A stretch of DNA of 64,000 nt from Elusimicrobiales bacterium. Its GTDB lineage: Bacteria > Elusimicrobiota > Elusimicrobia > Elusimicrobiales > UBA9959. The notes under the pieces were generated by a model. It did no database searches. It worked only from the letters and a program-made list of their open reading frames with translations, and was not told the origin of the DNA. The DNA is taken from positions 3,152-67,151 of the forward strand of contig JAMPXK010000006.1 of assembly GCA_023701245.1 (NCBI GenBank), in the 5' to 3' direction. This document shows positions 42,050-51,252 of the stretch, in pieces; the first letter of the stretch is position 1; each line of letters opens with the position of its first letter. Position numbers and translations under genes: made by a program.

Positions 42050-42088
42050 TACCCCCGCCTCTGCCGGCTGCCGGGGCGGCGGCGCCTG

Positions 42089-42116
42089 TTGATTTTGGCG
42101 GATGAAGTTGTATAAT
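42089..42116 (+). promoter_or_regulatory. Sigma-70-type promoter for 42147-43079
   Basis: TTGATT (42089-94), 16 nt, TATAAT (42111-16), with the local TTGTATAATTGGG context seen at two other promoters. Confidence 0.55.
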
Positions 42117-42146
42117 TGGGGTAGAGCGCGAGTTGAGCGAAATCAA

Positions 42147-43079
42147 ATGATCAAACTGCTTTTCACCCTGCTGCTGGCCGCGGTTACGGCCCGGGCCGCC
42201 GAACCTTTCAGCCTTAACGCCCTTGGCGCGCCGGACCTGGCCGAACTTCAGCTGCCTGCCCCCCCCGCCGTGCTTGTGCCGCTGCGCGCCGAGCCCGAAC
42301 CCCAGCCGGCGCAGAAGTATTTCAACGCCTACGTTCTCAAGGCCATAGACTACCTTTACAAGAACTACGGCCTCAAGGGTTACGACATCAACTCCATCCT
42401 GACGCACGACATCGACTACAACGGCGGCGTTATCAAGGCCCGCCGCCCCCCGCTGACCATGTGCGTGGCCGCGCAGATGGAGATCCTCCTTACCGCTTTC
42501 GCCGTGTACCTCTCGGAGACCGGTGACAGCTCGCCGTACTATTACCTGCCCAAGCGCAGCTACGAGGGCCTGGCCGTCACCGATCTCAAGGGCCATATCT
42601 GGGTCAATTCCGAGTTCAACGCCAACGGCACCGCCGACGCGCTGATCAATTTCGGCATGGGCGAGCGCCGGCCTTTCGAGAACCTGACCCCCGGCGATTT
42701 CGTGAACATCAACCGCACCAACCGCACCGGCCACGCGGTGACCTTCCTTGGTTATATCGATAAGACCGGCAGGGTACTGCCCAGGTACGATGCCTCGGTG
42801 GTGGGCTTCAAGTATTTCTCCTCGCAAGGCAGGCTGGAGGTCGGCCAGGGCGGCCTGGATTACCGCTACGCCGTGTTCAGCAAGTTCGGCTGTCCCGAGA
42901 TGCCCTATAAGCGAGACTGCGAGGTCATCTATTCCGCGGACCAGAGGATGCTGAACACCGGCACTATGCTGGCGCCCAAATTCTGGACCGGCGTTAAACC
43001 GGAGGCTTCCGCGGCCGTCCCCGGCGCGCAGACCGTGCTCAACCGCTCCTACTTCCTCGGGCTGACCACCGACGACTGA
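42147..43079 (+). CDS. Secreted hypothetical protein, possible Cys-His hydrolase
   Basis: Start ATG 42147 (MIKLLFTLLLAAVTARA-AEP signal peptide). Candidate nucleophile in PLTMCVAAQME and His in RTGHAVTFLGY. No family recognised with confidence. Confidence 0.5.
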   Translation: MIKLLFTLLLAAVTARAAEPFSLNALGAPDLAELQLPAPPAVLVPLRAEPEPQPAQKYFNAYVLKAIDYLYKNYGLKGYDINSILTHDIDYNGGVIKARRPPLTMCVAAQMEILLTAFAVYLSETGDSSPYYYLPKRSYEGLAVTDLKGHIWVNSEFNANGTADALINFGMGERRPFENLTPGDFVNINRTNRTGHAVTFLGYIDKTGRVLPRYDASVVGFKYFSSQGRLEVGQGGLDYRYAVFSKFGCPEMPYKRDCEVIYSADQRMLNTGTMLAPKFWTGVKPEASAAVPGAQTVLNRSYFLGLTTDD

Positions 43080-43097
43080 CGCCCGGCGCCAAGGCGC

Positions 43098-43130
43098 AAA
43101 AAAGCCCCGGGACCTCCCGGGGCTTTTTTT
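43098..43130. terminator. Bidirectional Rho-independent terminator
   Basis: AAAAAA-GCCCCGGG-acct-CCCGGGGC-TTTTTTT between convergent genes ending at 43079 (+) and 43144 (-). Confidence 0.8.
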
Positions 43131-43143
43131 GGGCTCGGGCGGC

Positions 43144-44964
43144 TTAAGCGGGCGTCTTTACGGCGTCCAGCAGCTTCTTGTATTCCGCCAGCGGACCGGC
43201 CAGGCCCTTTATGGCCGTCTCCCAGAATTCCGGCTTGCCTATGTCGGCGCCCAGGCTGCGCCGGGCCACCCCTTCGGCCGTGTCGGAACCGGTCAGCCGC
43301 AGGAAGGCCTCGTACTTGGGCAGGAAGGCCGGCCCCTCCGCCTTGAATTTCCTGAACAGGGTAGCCGCCATCAGGAAGCCGAACGTGTACGGGTAGTTAT
43401 AGAAGGAGACCCCGGACATGTAGAAATGCAGCTTGGAAGCCCAGAACAGCTGGTCCTCGCCGCCCTCGGTCAGCGCGTCGCCGAACACCTGCCGCTGCGC
43501 CTGCGCCATCAGCTCCCTGAGCCGCGCCGGGGAGACTTCCCCTCGCTGGCGCTCCTCGTGGAACGCCTTTTCGAAGCGGAAGCGCACGGTGATGTCGAGG
43601 ATGGTGACCGCCGCGCCGGTAAGATATTCGTCGAGCATTATCAGCTTCTGCGCCTGGGGCACGGCCGGGTCGCCCTGGATGCCTTCCGCCAGCAGGTGTT
43701 CTCCGAAGATGGAAGCGGTCTCTGCCAGGGTCATGGGATACTCGGTGGCCCAGGCCCGCATCTCCTTCATCAGGTGGCCGTGCCAGGCGTGACCCATCTC
43801 GTGGGCCAGGGTGTTGACGTCGCCCAGGGTCCCGTTGAACGTCATGAAGACGCGGCCCTCGCCTGTGAGGTGAGAGCCGGTGCAGAAAGCGCCGGGGCGC
43901 TTGCCGCCGCGGGCCTCGCTCTCCAGCCAGCCTTTGCGCACGAAATCCTTGTAGAACGCCCCCAGCCCGGGGTAAACGCGGCTGAAGGCGGCCTCTACCT
44001 TGGCCGACCCGTCCTCCCAGGAATAGGTCTTGCTGTCCTTGAGCGGCAGAGGGGCTTCGCGTTCGTAGAAAGCGATGCCCTTGCGCCCCATGGCCGCCGC
44101 CTTTACGCGGAGGATCTCCCGGACAGGTTCCAGGTTGCGCTCCACGGCGGCGTACATGGCGTCCAGGGTGGAGCGCTTTATGCCGGCGCCGAAAAGCGAT
44201 TGATCCAGGAAATGCTTTATCCCGCGGCGCCTGTAAAGCGTAAGGCGGGTGCCGGCCATGGCGTTAAGCGCGGCGGCGCAGGAGTCTTCTATGGAGGCCC
44301 AGGCCTTGTTGCCGCCCTCGAAGGCGGCGCGGCCGACGGCGCGGTCCGGGTCTGACATCAGGGCGCGCCAGCGTGAGATGGGAAGAGTTTCCACGCGGCC
44401 GTCGGGCCAGCACATCTCGAAGGAAAGCTTGCTGGAGATCTTGTTGTAGAGCCGGTTCCACGACTGGAAGCCGTCCACGGACAGGTCGGCAGCCAGCTTT
44501 TCCTCGGCGGGGCTCATGGTGCGGCGGGCCTGCTCGCGCACGCGCTTGAGCGAGTAGGCAACGTCCCTGAGCTTTTCGCGCCTGATAAAGGCGGCGAAGG
44601 TCTTTTCCGGCACGTCCTTGAAGGCCCGCAGCATGTCCACGCCGAACTTGGAGTATTCCGCGCCCAGCGAGGAAAGCGCGGCTTCCTCGGCCGCGTACGC
44701 CTCGTTTTCGGCGTGGGCGGCGCCCAGGCAGCCGACATAGGCGAAGATGTGGCCCAGGCGGGTTTCGGCGTTCTCGGCCGCCAGCAGGAGTTTTTCCCAG
44801 GCATTCGCCGTCTTAGGGGAGAGCGGGGCCAGCGCGGCCGCCTTTTTCTGCAGAACCGCTATGTCCGCCCCGAGCTTTTTCTTGAAAGCCCGCATTTCCG
44901 GACCGTCGAAAGCCGGAAAAAAACTTTTCAGGTCCCACTGGACGCCTTTCTTGTCGCTTTTCAT
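43144..44964 (-). CDS. pepF: Oligoendopeptidase F family (M3B) metallopeptidase
   Basis: 606 aa. HEMGHAWH zinc motif; overall PepF-like length and sequence. GGAGGG SD and a TATAAT box at 44990-44995 (minus). Confidence 0.82.
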   Translation of the reverse strand: MKSDKKGVQWDLKSFFPAFDGPEMRAFKKKLGADIAVLQKKAAALAPLSPKTANAWEKLLLAAENAETRLGHIFAYVGCLGAAHAENEAYAAEEAALSSLGAEYSKFGVDMLRAFKDVPEKTFAAFIRREKLRDVAYSLKRVREQARRTMSPAEEKLAADLSVDGFQSWNRLYNKISSKLSFEMCWPDGRVETLPISRWRALMSDPDRAVGRAAFEGGNKAWASIEDSCAAALNAMAGTRLTLYRRRGIKHFLDQSLFGAGIKRSTLDAMYAAVERNLEPVREILRVKAAAMGRKGIAFYEREAPLPLKDSKTYSWEDGSAKVEAAFSRVYPGLGAFYKDFVRKGWLESEARGGKRPGAFCTGSHLTGEGRVFMTFNGTLGDVNTLAHEMGHAWHGHLMKEMRAWATEYPMTLAETASIFGEHLLAEGIQGDPAVPQAQKLIMLDEYLTGAAVTILDITVRFRFEKAFHEERQRGEVSPARLRELMAQAQRQVFGDALTEGGEDQLFWASKLHFYMSGVSFYNYPYTFGFLMAATLFRKFKAEGPAFLPKYEAFLRLTGSDTAEGVARRSLGADIGKPEFWETAIKGLAGPLAEYKKLLDAVKTPA

Positions 44965-45086
44965 ATTCCCTCCGTTGGCTGACCTCCCAATTATACAATT
45001 TCGCCATTTTCAATTTGACCGGGTGGCGCCAAAGAGTTAACATCACAAGTGGGGGTTCTCTCTCTCATTGTCCACAGGAGGAAATC

Positions 45087-45707
45087 ATGAAAATACTATT
45101 GGTTTATTACTCTATGTACGGCCATATCCACGAAATGGTCAAAGCCGCCGCGGAAGGCGCAAAAAGCGCCGGGGCGGAAGTGGTGATAAAGCGCGTGCCC
45201 GAAACACTGACGGAAACGGGGCTGGCCAAAATGGGCGCCCTGGAGGCCCAGAAAGCCCAGGCCGGCGTGCCGGTCTGTTCGCCTGAGGACCTGGCGGCCG
45301 CAGACGGCATCATCTTCGCCACCCCTACCCGCTTCGGCAATATGTGCGCCCAGATGCGGCAGTTCCTGGATTCCACCGGCGGGCTTTGGCTGAAAGGCGC
45401 CCTGGTGGGGAAGGTGGGCAGCGTCATGACCAGTTCCGCCACACAGCACGGCGGGCAGGAGTCCACCCTGCTGACCTTCCACACCAACCTGCTGCACCAC
45501 GGCATGGTGATAGCCGGCCTGCCTTATTCTTTCCAGGGGCAGATGGGCGTGACCGAACTTACGGGCTGCTCCCCTTACGGCGCCTCCACCATCGCCGGGG
45601 GACAGGGCGAACGCATGCCCAGCGCCAACGAACTGGCCGGGGCCCGGTTCCAGGGTAGATATGTAGCGCAGCTGGCTGGCAAACTTGCCGGGCTGAAGCT
45701 GGGTTAA
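45087..45707 (+). CDS. wrbA: NAD(P)H:quinone oxidoreductase, WrbA-type flavodoxin-like protein
   Basis: [45 protein letters not shown] 5 nt upstream of ATG 45087; the longer ORF start is rejected. Confidence 0.85.
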   Translation: MKILLVYYSMYGHIHEMVKAAAEGAKSAGAEVVIKRVPETLTETGLAKMGALEAQKAQAGVPVCSPEDLAAADGIIFATPTRFGNMCAQMRQFLDSTGGLWLKGALVGKVGSVMTSSATQHGGQESTLLTFHTNLLHHGMVIAGLPYSFQGQMGVTELTGCSPYGASTIAGGQGERMPSANELAGARFQGRYVAQLAGKLAGLKLG

Positions 45708-45786
45708 GGCCGGCGCTTTAGCTGGACGCCGCGGGCGGTCCCGCGGCGTTCTTATTTTCTCCGTCGGCAAATGGTAAAATAAAAGT

Positions 45787-46314
45787 ATGGAATGCTACCT
45801 GGCCCTGGTAAAGACCCACCCTATCCTTTCCGCTATGGCCCAATTCGCCCTGCTCGGCACCCTGGGTGAAGTTTTCTCCAAGTGGCTGGCGCAGCGCCGG
45901 GTCTTCTCCCCCTTCGGAACGCGTGGAACGCTGCTGCGGATGGCCGCCTGGGCGCTGCTCGCGGTCTGTATAAAATACGCGTTCACCGGTTTTGTCGCCT
46001 TCGTGGAAGGGCTTGCCGGCCATGGGCTGCTGCCGCAGCTCGGCGCTTTCGGCAGGGCGTTTGCCGTGTCCCTGGCCATGAATCTGCAGTTCGGCCCTTT
46101 CCTGGTAATCGTCCACCGGCTCCTGGATAACGCCATAGACGGCCGCCCTAACTGGGCCAACCTAGACAAGAGCCTGCTTTCGCTGCTCTGGTTCTGGGTG
46201 CCGGCGCATACCGTCACCTTCCTGCTGCCCCCGGACTTCCGCATAGGCCTGGCCGCGCTCTGGTCGCTGGCGCTGGGCCTGCTGCTCGGCTTCTACAGCC
46301 GTCCCGCCAAATAA
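45787..46314 (+). CDS. Hypothetical integral membrane protein
   Basis: 175 aa with four hydrophobic segments. No family recognised. Confidence 0.5.
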   Translation: MECYLALVKTHPILSAMAQFALLGTLGEVFSKWLAQRRVFSPFGTRGTLLRMAAWALLAVCIKYAFTGFVAFVEGLAGHGLLPQLGAFGRAFAVSLAMNLQFGPFLVIVHRLLDNAIDGRPNWANLDKSLLSLLWFWVPAHTVTFLLPPDFRIGLAALWSLALGLLLGFYSRPAK

Positions 46315-46315
46315 A

Positions 46316-46338
46316 GAAGCCGCGCCCGGCGCGGCTTC
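46316..46338 (-). terminator. Terminator hairpin downstream of the multi-PAS kinase
   Basis: GAAGCCGCGC-ccg-GCGCGGCTTC, a perfect 10-bp stem. On the minus strand it is followed by TTTATTT. Confidence 0.6.
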
Positions 46339-46360
46339 CTGCGCTGCTTTCGCGCCGTCG

Positions 46361-48358
46361 TCAGACGGCGCGGGGCAGGTAGATCTTGAAGGTGGTGCCG
46401 CGTCCCGGCGAGCTTTCCACGCAGATGCCCCCGCCGGCCCGGTTCACTATCCCGTAGACCGTAGAGAGGCCGAGGCCGGTGCCCTGACCCGGTTTTTTGG
46501 TGGTAAAGAAAGGCTCGAAAAGGTGCTCCATGGTCTCCGGGGTCATGCCGGTGCCGGAGTCGGTCACCGTGAGCTCCCCGTAGGCGCCGGGAGGCGGGGC
46601 CAGGCGGCAGCCCGCCGCTTCCGTGCCCAGGTCCGCGTTGCGCGTGGCAAGCGTTATCCTGCCGCCATCGGGCATGGCGTCGCGCGCGTTGATGACCAGA
46701 TTCACTATCACCTGGGCTATCTGGGTAGGGTCCGCCCTGACCGGCAGCAGGCCTTCGTCCAGGCGGGTCTCCAGGTGCATATTGGAGCCTATCAGGCGCT
46801 TGAGCATCTTTTCGCTGCCTGCCGCGATGGCGTTGAGACTGACCACCTCCGGTTTCGGCTCCTGCCTGGCGCTGAAGGTCAATAACTGGCGCGTAAGGGC
46901 GGCGCCGCGCTCCGTCTCCAGCAGTATTTCGGCCAGGTCGGCCTTGGCCGGCGCGCCTTCCGGCATGGTGTCGGAAAGGATCTCCGCGTAGCCGCTGATA
47001 GAGACCAGGATGTTGTTGAAGTCGTGGGCAATGCCGCCGGCCAGGCGGCCGACCGCCTCCAGCTTCTGCGATTGGAGCAGCTGCTCCTGGAGTTTGTCCT
47101 TGGCCTGCTCGGCCTTGAGGCGCTGGGAGATCTGGGCCGTCAGCTCCTCGTTGGCCCGGGTCAGCTCCGCGGTGCGTTCCTTCACCCGCTGTTCCAGGTT
47201 CTGGTTGAGGTTGAGCACCTGCGCTTCGGTGTGCCGGCGCGCGCTGATGTCCCGGCACAAAGTCAGGATCTGCGGCACGCCCGCGCGGGTGACCACGTTG
47301 GCGTTTATCTCTACAGGAGTGAACTTGCCGGAGGGCGCGGCGTACTCTACTTCGAAATTGCAGATATAGCCGTCCCTGGCGCACCTGGCCACGGCTTCGG
47401 CGTTGCGCTCCTTCTCATGAGGCGCGGTCCACTCCAGCACGGTGCGGCCTATGACCTCCTTGAGGTCCTTGCGGCCGGTCAGGCGGACGTATTCGGTATT
47501 GGCGTCCATCACCCGGCCTTCCTTGTTTATTATGACGTAGCCGGTCCTGGTGGCTTCCACCAGGCCCCTGTAGCGGCTCTCGCTCTCGCGCAGGGCGCGC
47601 TCGGCGTTCGCCCTCTCCGTGATGTCGTCGAACATGACGAAAACCTTGTTGGCGGCTATCACCCCGAAGATAAAACAGATCTTTACCGAACCGTCCTTGC
47701 AGGTGGCCCGGTATTCTCCGCCCTCTATGGCCGTTTTCTCTGCGAAAGCCTTGTGGACCTTTCCCATCCAGCGGGCCACGACCTCCTGGCGGTATTTCGG
47801 GTCCGGGTAAGCCAGCTGCCACCAGCGGTCCATGTTGGGGATCTCGCTGTGCGGGTAGCCGAAAGTCTTTACGGCCTGCTGGTTGATGTAGACAATGGTG
47901 CCGTCCAGCTCGACGATGGCCATGGCCATCGGGGCCTGGTCGAGGATCTTGCGCAGGGTGGTTTCGCTCTCCAGCAGGGCCTGCTCGGTAAGCTTGCGCG
48001 CCGTTATGTCGGAGCCGGAGGCTATGTAGATATCTTTCTGCGGGCAGGGTATCAGGCGCCAGAGTATCCATTTACTGGTGCCGTCCTTGCAGAGGCAGCG
48101 GCTTTCATGCGAGGAGGCTGCGGCGTCCTGCAGTACCTTCCGCTCGGCTTCCTGCGCCCTGGGCCTGTCTTCGGGGTGTACCAGGTCCAGGGAGGCGCGG
48201 CCTTCGATCTCGGCAGGGGTAAAGCCGGTGGCCGCGGTCCAGGCCGGGTTGGCCTTCAGTACGCGGCCTTCCTTGTCGACCACTGAAAAGAGTTCCGCTG
48301 TGGTGTGAAAAAAATACTCGCACAGTGAAAGTTCTTCGGTTGTCAGTCGGTCCCCCAT
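46361..48358 (-). CDS. Cytoplasmic multi-PAS sensor histidine kinase
   Basis: 665 aa. At least three PAS-like repeats, H-box IAHDFNNIL, N/G boxes (NLVINARDAM, DSGTGM, GTGLGLS), no TM segment. Confidence 0.85.
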   Translation of the reverse strand: MGDRLTTEELSLCEYFFHTTAELFSVVDKEGRVLKANPAWTAATGFTPAEIEGRASLDLVHPEDRPRAQEAERKVLQDAAASSHESRCLCKDGTSKWILWRLIPCPQKDIYIASGSDITARKLTEQALLESETTLRKILDQAPMAMAIVELDGTIVYINQQAVKTFGYPHSEIPNMDRWWQLAYPDPKYRQEVVARWMGKVHKAFAEKTAIEGGEYRATCKDGSVKICFIFGVIAANKVFVMFDDITERANAERALRESESRYRGLVEATRTGYVIINKEGRVMDANTEYVRLTGRKDLKEVIGRTVLEWTAPHEKERNAEAVARCARDGYICNFEVEYAAPSGKFTPVEINANVVTRAGVPQILTLCRDISARRHTEAQVLNLNQNLEQRVKERTAELTRANEELTAQISQRLKAEQAKDKLQEQLLQSQKLEAVGRLAGGIAHDFNNILVSISGYAEILSDTMPEGAPAKADLAEILLETERGAALTRQLLTFSARQEPKPEVVSLNAIAAGSEKMLKRLIGSNMHLETRLDEGLLPVRADPTQIAQVIVNLVINARDAMPDGGRITLATRNADLGTEAAGCRLAPPPGAYGELTVTDSGTGMTPETMEHLFEPFFTTKKPGQGTGLGLSTVYGIVNRAGGGICVESSPGRGTTFKIYLPRAV

Positions 48359-48392
48359 AGAGATGAATATACAAAAAAAAGGCGCGTCCAGG

Positions 48393-48421
48393 AAAAAAGG
48401 CCCCCGCCGGCGGCGGGGGCC
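48393..48421 (-). terminator. Rho-independent terminator after DEAD-box helicase 1
   Basis: Minus strand: GGCCCCCGCC-gcc-GGCGGGGGCC followed by TTTTTT. Confidence 0.8.
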
Positions 48422-48426
48422 CTGGT

Positions 48427-50028
48427 CTACTCCGATTTGTAATCGGATTTTTTCTTTTTAAGGAACCTGGTGAACCAGTTCCCGCCGGGGGCGGCCTTCT
48501 GGGGCGGCGCCTGGCGGCTGTCCGGCCTCTGTTGGCGTCGGCCTTCGTAACGGCGCGGTTCCTCGAAATACGGGGACAGGCTTACGATGCCGCCTTTCCG
48601 GGACGGGTCGGCCCCGTAGCGGTTGGGACGGCCGTGGGCGCTTGCCTGCTGGGGCCTGCCGCCGACGGGGCCCCTGGCCGGGCGGCGCGAGTCGTCGCGG
48701 CGGCCTCCCGGGCGGGCGGAGGCGGGTCTGTTGTCGCGGCGCGGGCGGCCGCCGTGCTCCTGCTGCGGCCGGTCCGACTGCGGCGGGCGGGCCTGGCGGG
48801 GGCCCTGCGGGCGCGGCTGGCGCTGGCGCTGTTCGGGCGGCCTGCGGGCCGGTGCTCCCTGGGGCGCGGCCTCTGGCGCGCCGAAGTCCGCGGAAGCCAC
48901 GTCCGGCATCTGGACGCGCGTCAGCGGCATGCGGATAAGCCGCTCTATGTTGCGGACGTCCCGGCCCTGGTCCGGGGCGGCGAAGGTGATGGCGCGGCCG
49001 GGCTGGCCGGCGCGGCCGGTGCGGCCTATGCGGTGCACGTAATTGCCGTCCTCGTCGGGCAGGTCGTAGTTGATGACCAGTTCTATCCCGGTCACGTCTA
49101 TGCCGCGGGCGGCGATGTCGGTGGCCACCAGGACCCGGTACTTCCCCGACTTGAACCCGTCGAGGGCGTCCCGGCGCTGGGCCAGAGAACGGTTGGAATG
49201 GATCTCGGCCGCGCTGTGCGGCATTTCCCGTATGGCGCGGGCTATCTTCTTGGCGTTATGCTTGGTGCGCACGAAGAGCAGCACGCTGCCCCAGTACTTG
49301 TCCAGCAGTTTGGCCAGGAGGGCGTTCTTCTCGCTGCGGTCCACTATGAAAAGTTCCTGCTCCACCTTTTCGGCCGCCGTGCCGGGACGGGCCACTTCCA
49401 CGCGCATGGGCAGTTTCATATGACGGCTGGCCAGGCGCATGATGTCGTCGGGCATGGTGGCAGAGAAGAGCATGGTCTGCCTGTCTCCGGGGACCGCCGC
49501 TATGATCTTTTCTATCTGCGGGGCGAAACCCATGTCGAACATGCGGTCCGCTTCGTCGAGCACCAGTACCCGCACGTCCGCCAGGCTGACGGTGCGCTGC
49601 TGGAGGTGGTCTATCAAACGCCCGGGGGTGGCGATTATTATCCGCGGGCCCCGGCGCAGTTCCTGGGTCTGGCGGTTCATGCTTTCCCCGCCTATCACCA
49701 CGGCGCAGCCCATCCCCATCAGCGGGGAGAACTGGCGTACCACGTCGGCGACCTGCAGCGCGAGTTCCCTGGTCGGGACTATCACGAGGCCTTTGCCCTG
49801 GCCGGCCGCCGCGAGACGCTGGATCATGGGAACGGCGAAAGCGATGGTCTTGCCGGTGCCGGTCTGGGCTATGCCCACCATGTCGCCGCCGCCGGCGGCC
49901 ACCGGGATGGCTTTCTGCTGGATGGGAGTGGGGACTTTGAACTTCAGTTTATCTAAAGCTTCAAGGAGTTTGGGGGCTATGCCCAGGCCGTAAAAGCCGG
50001 GCGAGGTGTCGGTTTTTGTTTCAGTCAT
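48427..50028 (-). CDS. DEAD-box ATP-dependent RNA helicase with Arg/Pro/Gln-rich C-terminal tail
   Basis: Q-motif, AQTGTGKT, DEAD, SAT and HRIGRTGRAG motifs. ATG 50028 is preferred over the TTG 50034 of the ORF track, which overlaps a GATAAT box. Confidence 0.88.
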   Translation of the reverse strand: MTETKTDTSPGFYGLGIAPKLLEALDKLKFKVPTPIQQKAIPVAAGGGDMVGIAQTGTGKTIAFAVPMIQRLAAAGQGKGLVIVPTRELALQVADVVRQFSPLMGMGCAVVIGGESMNRQTQELRRGPRIIIATPGRLIDHLQQRTVSLADVRVLVLDEADRMFDMGFAPQIEKIIAAVPGDRQTMLFSATMPDDIMRLASRHMKLPMRVEVARPGTAAEKVEQELFIVDRSEKNALLAKLLDKYWGSVLLFVRTKHNAKKIARAIREMPHSAAEIHSNRSLAQRRDALDGFKSGKYRVLVATDIAARGIDVTGIELVINYDLPDEDGNYVHRIGRTGRAGQPGRAITFAAPDQGRDVRNIERLIRMPLTRVQMPDVASADFGAPEAAPQGAPARRPPEQRQRQPRPQGPRQARPPQSDRPQQEHGGRPRRDNRPASARPGGRRDDSRRPARGPVGGRPQQASAHGRPNRYGADPSRKGGIVSLSPYFEEPRRYEGRRQQRPDSRQAPPQKAAPGGNWFTRFLKKKKSDYKSE

Positions 50029-50105
50029 ACTCAATTATCCCATATACGGGGTCCCTATTGATATAGGGCGCCCCGCCGGCGGGCCGTTTTTTATATAATA
50101 ACGGC

Positions 50106-50600
50106 GTGAAGAAACTCCTGCTGGTCCTCGCTCTCGCCTGCCCCTGCGGCGCCGCCGCGCAGGAGCCGCAGGAAAAGCGCCTTAACGGGCTTGAGCGGCG
50201 CGTTACCAGCGTGGAAAAGCGCGTTACCAGGCTGGAAGGGTCGCCTCCCTCCTCCCGCGAGGTCAAAGCCTCGCCCGAGACCGCCGCGCCGCTGGCCGCC
50301 GTCTTCATTAAGAAAAAACAGGTGGTAGGCAAAAAGATCGGCTTCATGCTGTACCTGGAGCTGGAGAACGTTTCCCGCCGGCGGTTCTACGCCTTCAACG
50401 GGGTCCTGGTTTTTCGCGACGAGACCGGGGCCGCGATCTGGTCCAAACCTTACGCCTACGGCGAACCCCTGCTGCCCGGCGAGGTGATAGAGGTCTCTCT
50501 GGGCATCTCCAGCGAGCAGACCAGGGAATACCTTAAATTCCTCAAGGCCAAGTCGGTGACGGTGGCGCTGGAAAAGCAGGAGGTCTACGGCGCTGAGTAG
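50106..50600 (+). CDS. Hypothetical secreted protein
   Basis: 164 aa. Signal peptide MKKLLLVLALACPCGAAAQ. GTG start 6 nt after a TATAAT box. No family recognised. Confidence 0.5.
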   Translation: MKKLLLVLALACPCGAAAQEPQEKRLNGLERRVTSVEKRVTRLEGSPPSSREVKASPETAAPLAAVFIKKKQVVGKKIGFMLYLELENVSRRRFYAFNGVLVFRDETGAAIWSKPYAYGEPLLPGEVIEVSLGISSEQTREYLKFLKAKSVTVALEKQEVYGAE

Positions 50601-50642
50601 TCCGTCTGCGCCGCGCTGCGGGGCCCGCCTGGCGGGCCTTTT

Positions 50643-51107
50643 TTATTCCAGGATCTTGTCGAGGGCCGGGGTTATGGCGAGTTTGTACCAATGGGCGGTA
50701 GCCGCGGTGCAGCGGTGCTTGTCCGGGCAGACCTTTACAAAACCGAAGCGCAGATGGCAGCAGATGGTGACCAGGTTCCCGTCTTCGCAGGAGTACCAGA
50801 CCTCGCCGGCGCCCTGCGCGATGGCGTAGCGCAGGCGGGCCGACGTGAGGCGCTTCGCCACGCCCATTTCCCTGAACTCGGGCCTGACCAGCAGGGCGTC
50901 CATTATCCAGCGGCCTTTTTCGAAATAGATGACGCTGAGGCCGGCCAGTTCTTCCCCGGCGTAGGCCGCGAAGTAGGCGTGGGGCTGCCTGCCCAGGCGC
51001 TTTACGGCGCGGCCCTGGTAGAAGTCCTCGAAGCGGGCCTTCCAGGCCTTATCCTCGCGCTCCACTTTGCGTACCGTGATCTTGAGTGCGGTCATCATAC
51101 CTGTCAA
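50643..51107 (-). CDS. GNAT-family N-acetyltransferase
   Basis: 154 aa. The segment LLVRPEFREMGVAKRL resembles the acetyl-CoA-binding motif A of GNATs. Confidence 0.6.
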   Translation of the reverse strand: MTGMMTALKITVRKVEREDKAWKARFEDFYQGRAVKRLGRQPHAYFAAYAGEELAGLSVIYFEKGRWIMDALLVRPEFREMGVAKRLTSARLRYAIAQGAGEVWYSCEDGNLVTICCHLRFGFVKVCPDKHRCTAATAHWYKLAITPALDKILE

Positions 51108-51252
51108 TTATAGCGAAAGACCGCAGCGGGCGCATCGGCCATAAGCCCCAGCCGGCAGTGGGCCGAATAGCGCCGCCGCTCTGGGGCTAAAGCCTCTTCA
51201 GCGGGCGGAGGCATTCTTATAGTATATAACGGTACCGCCTATAGGAGGCCGC

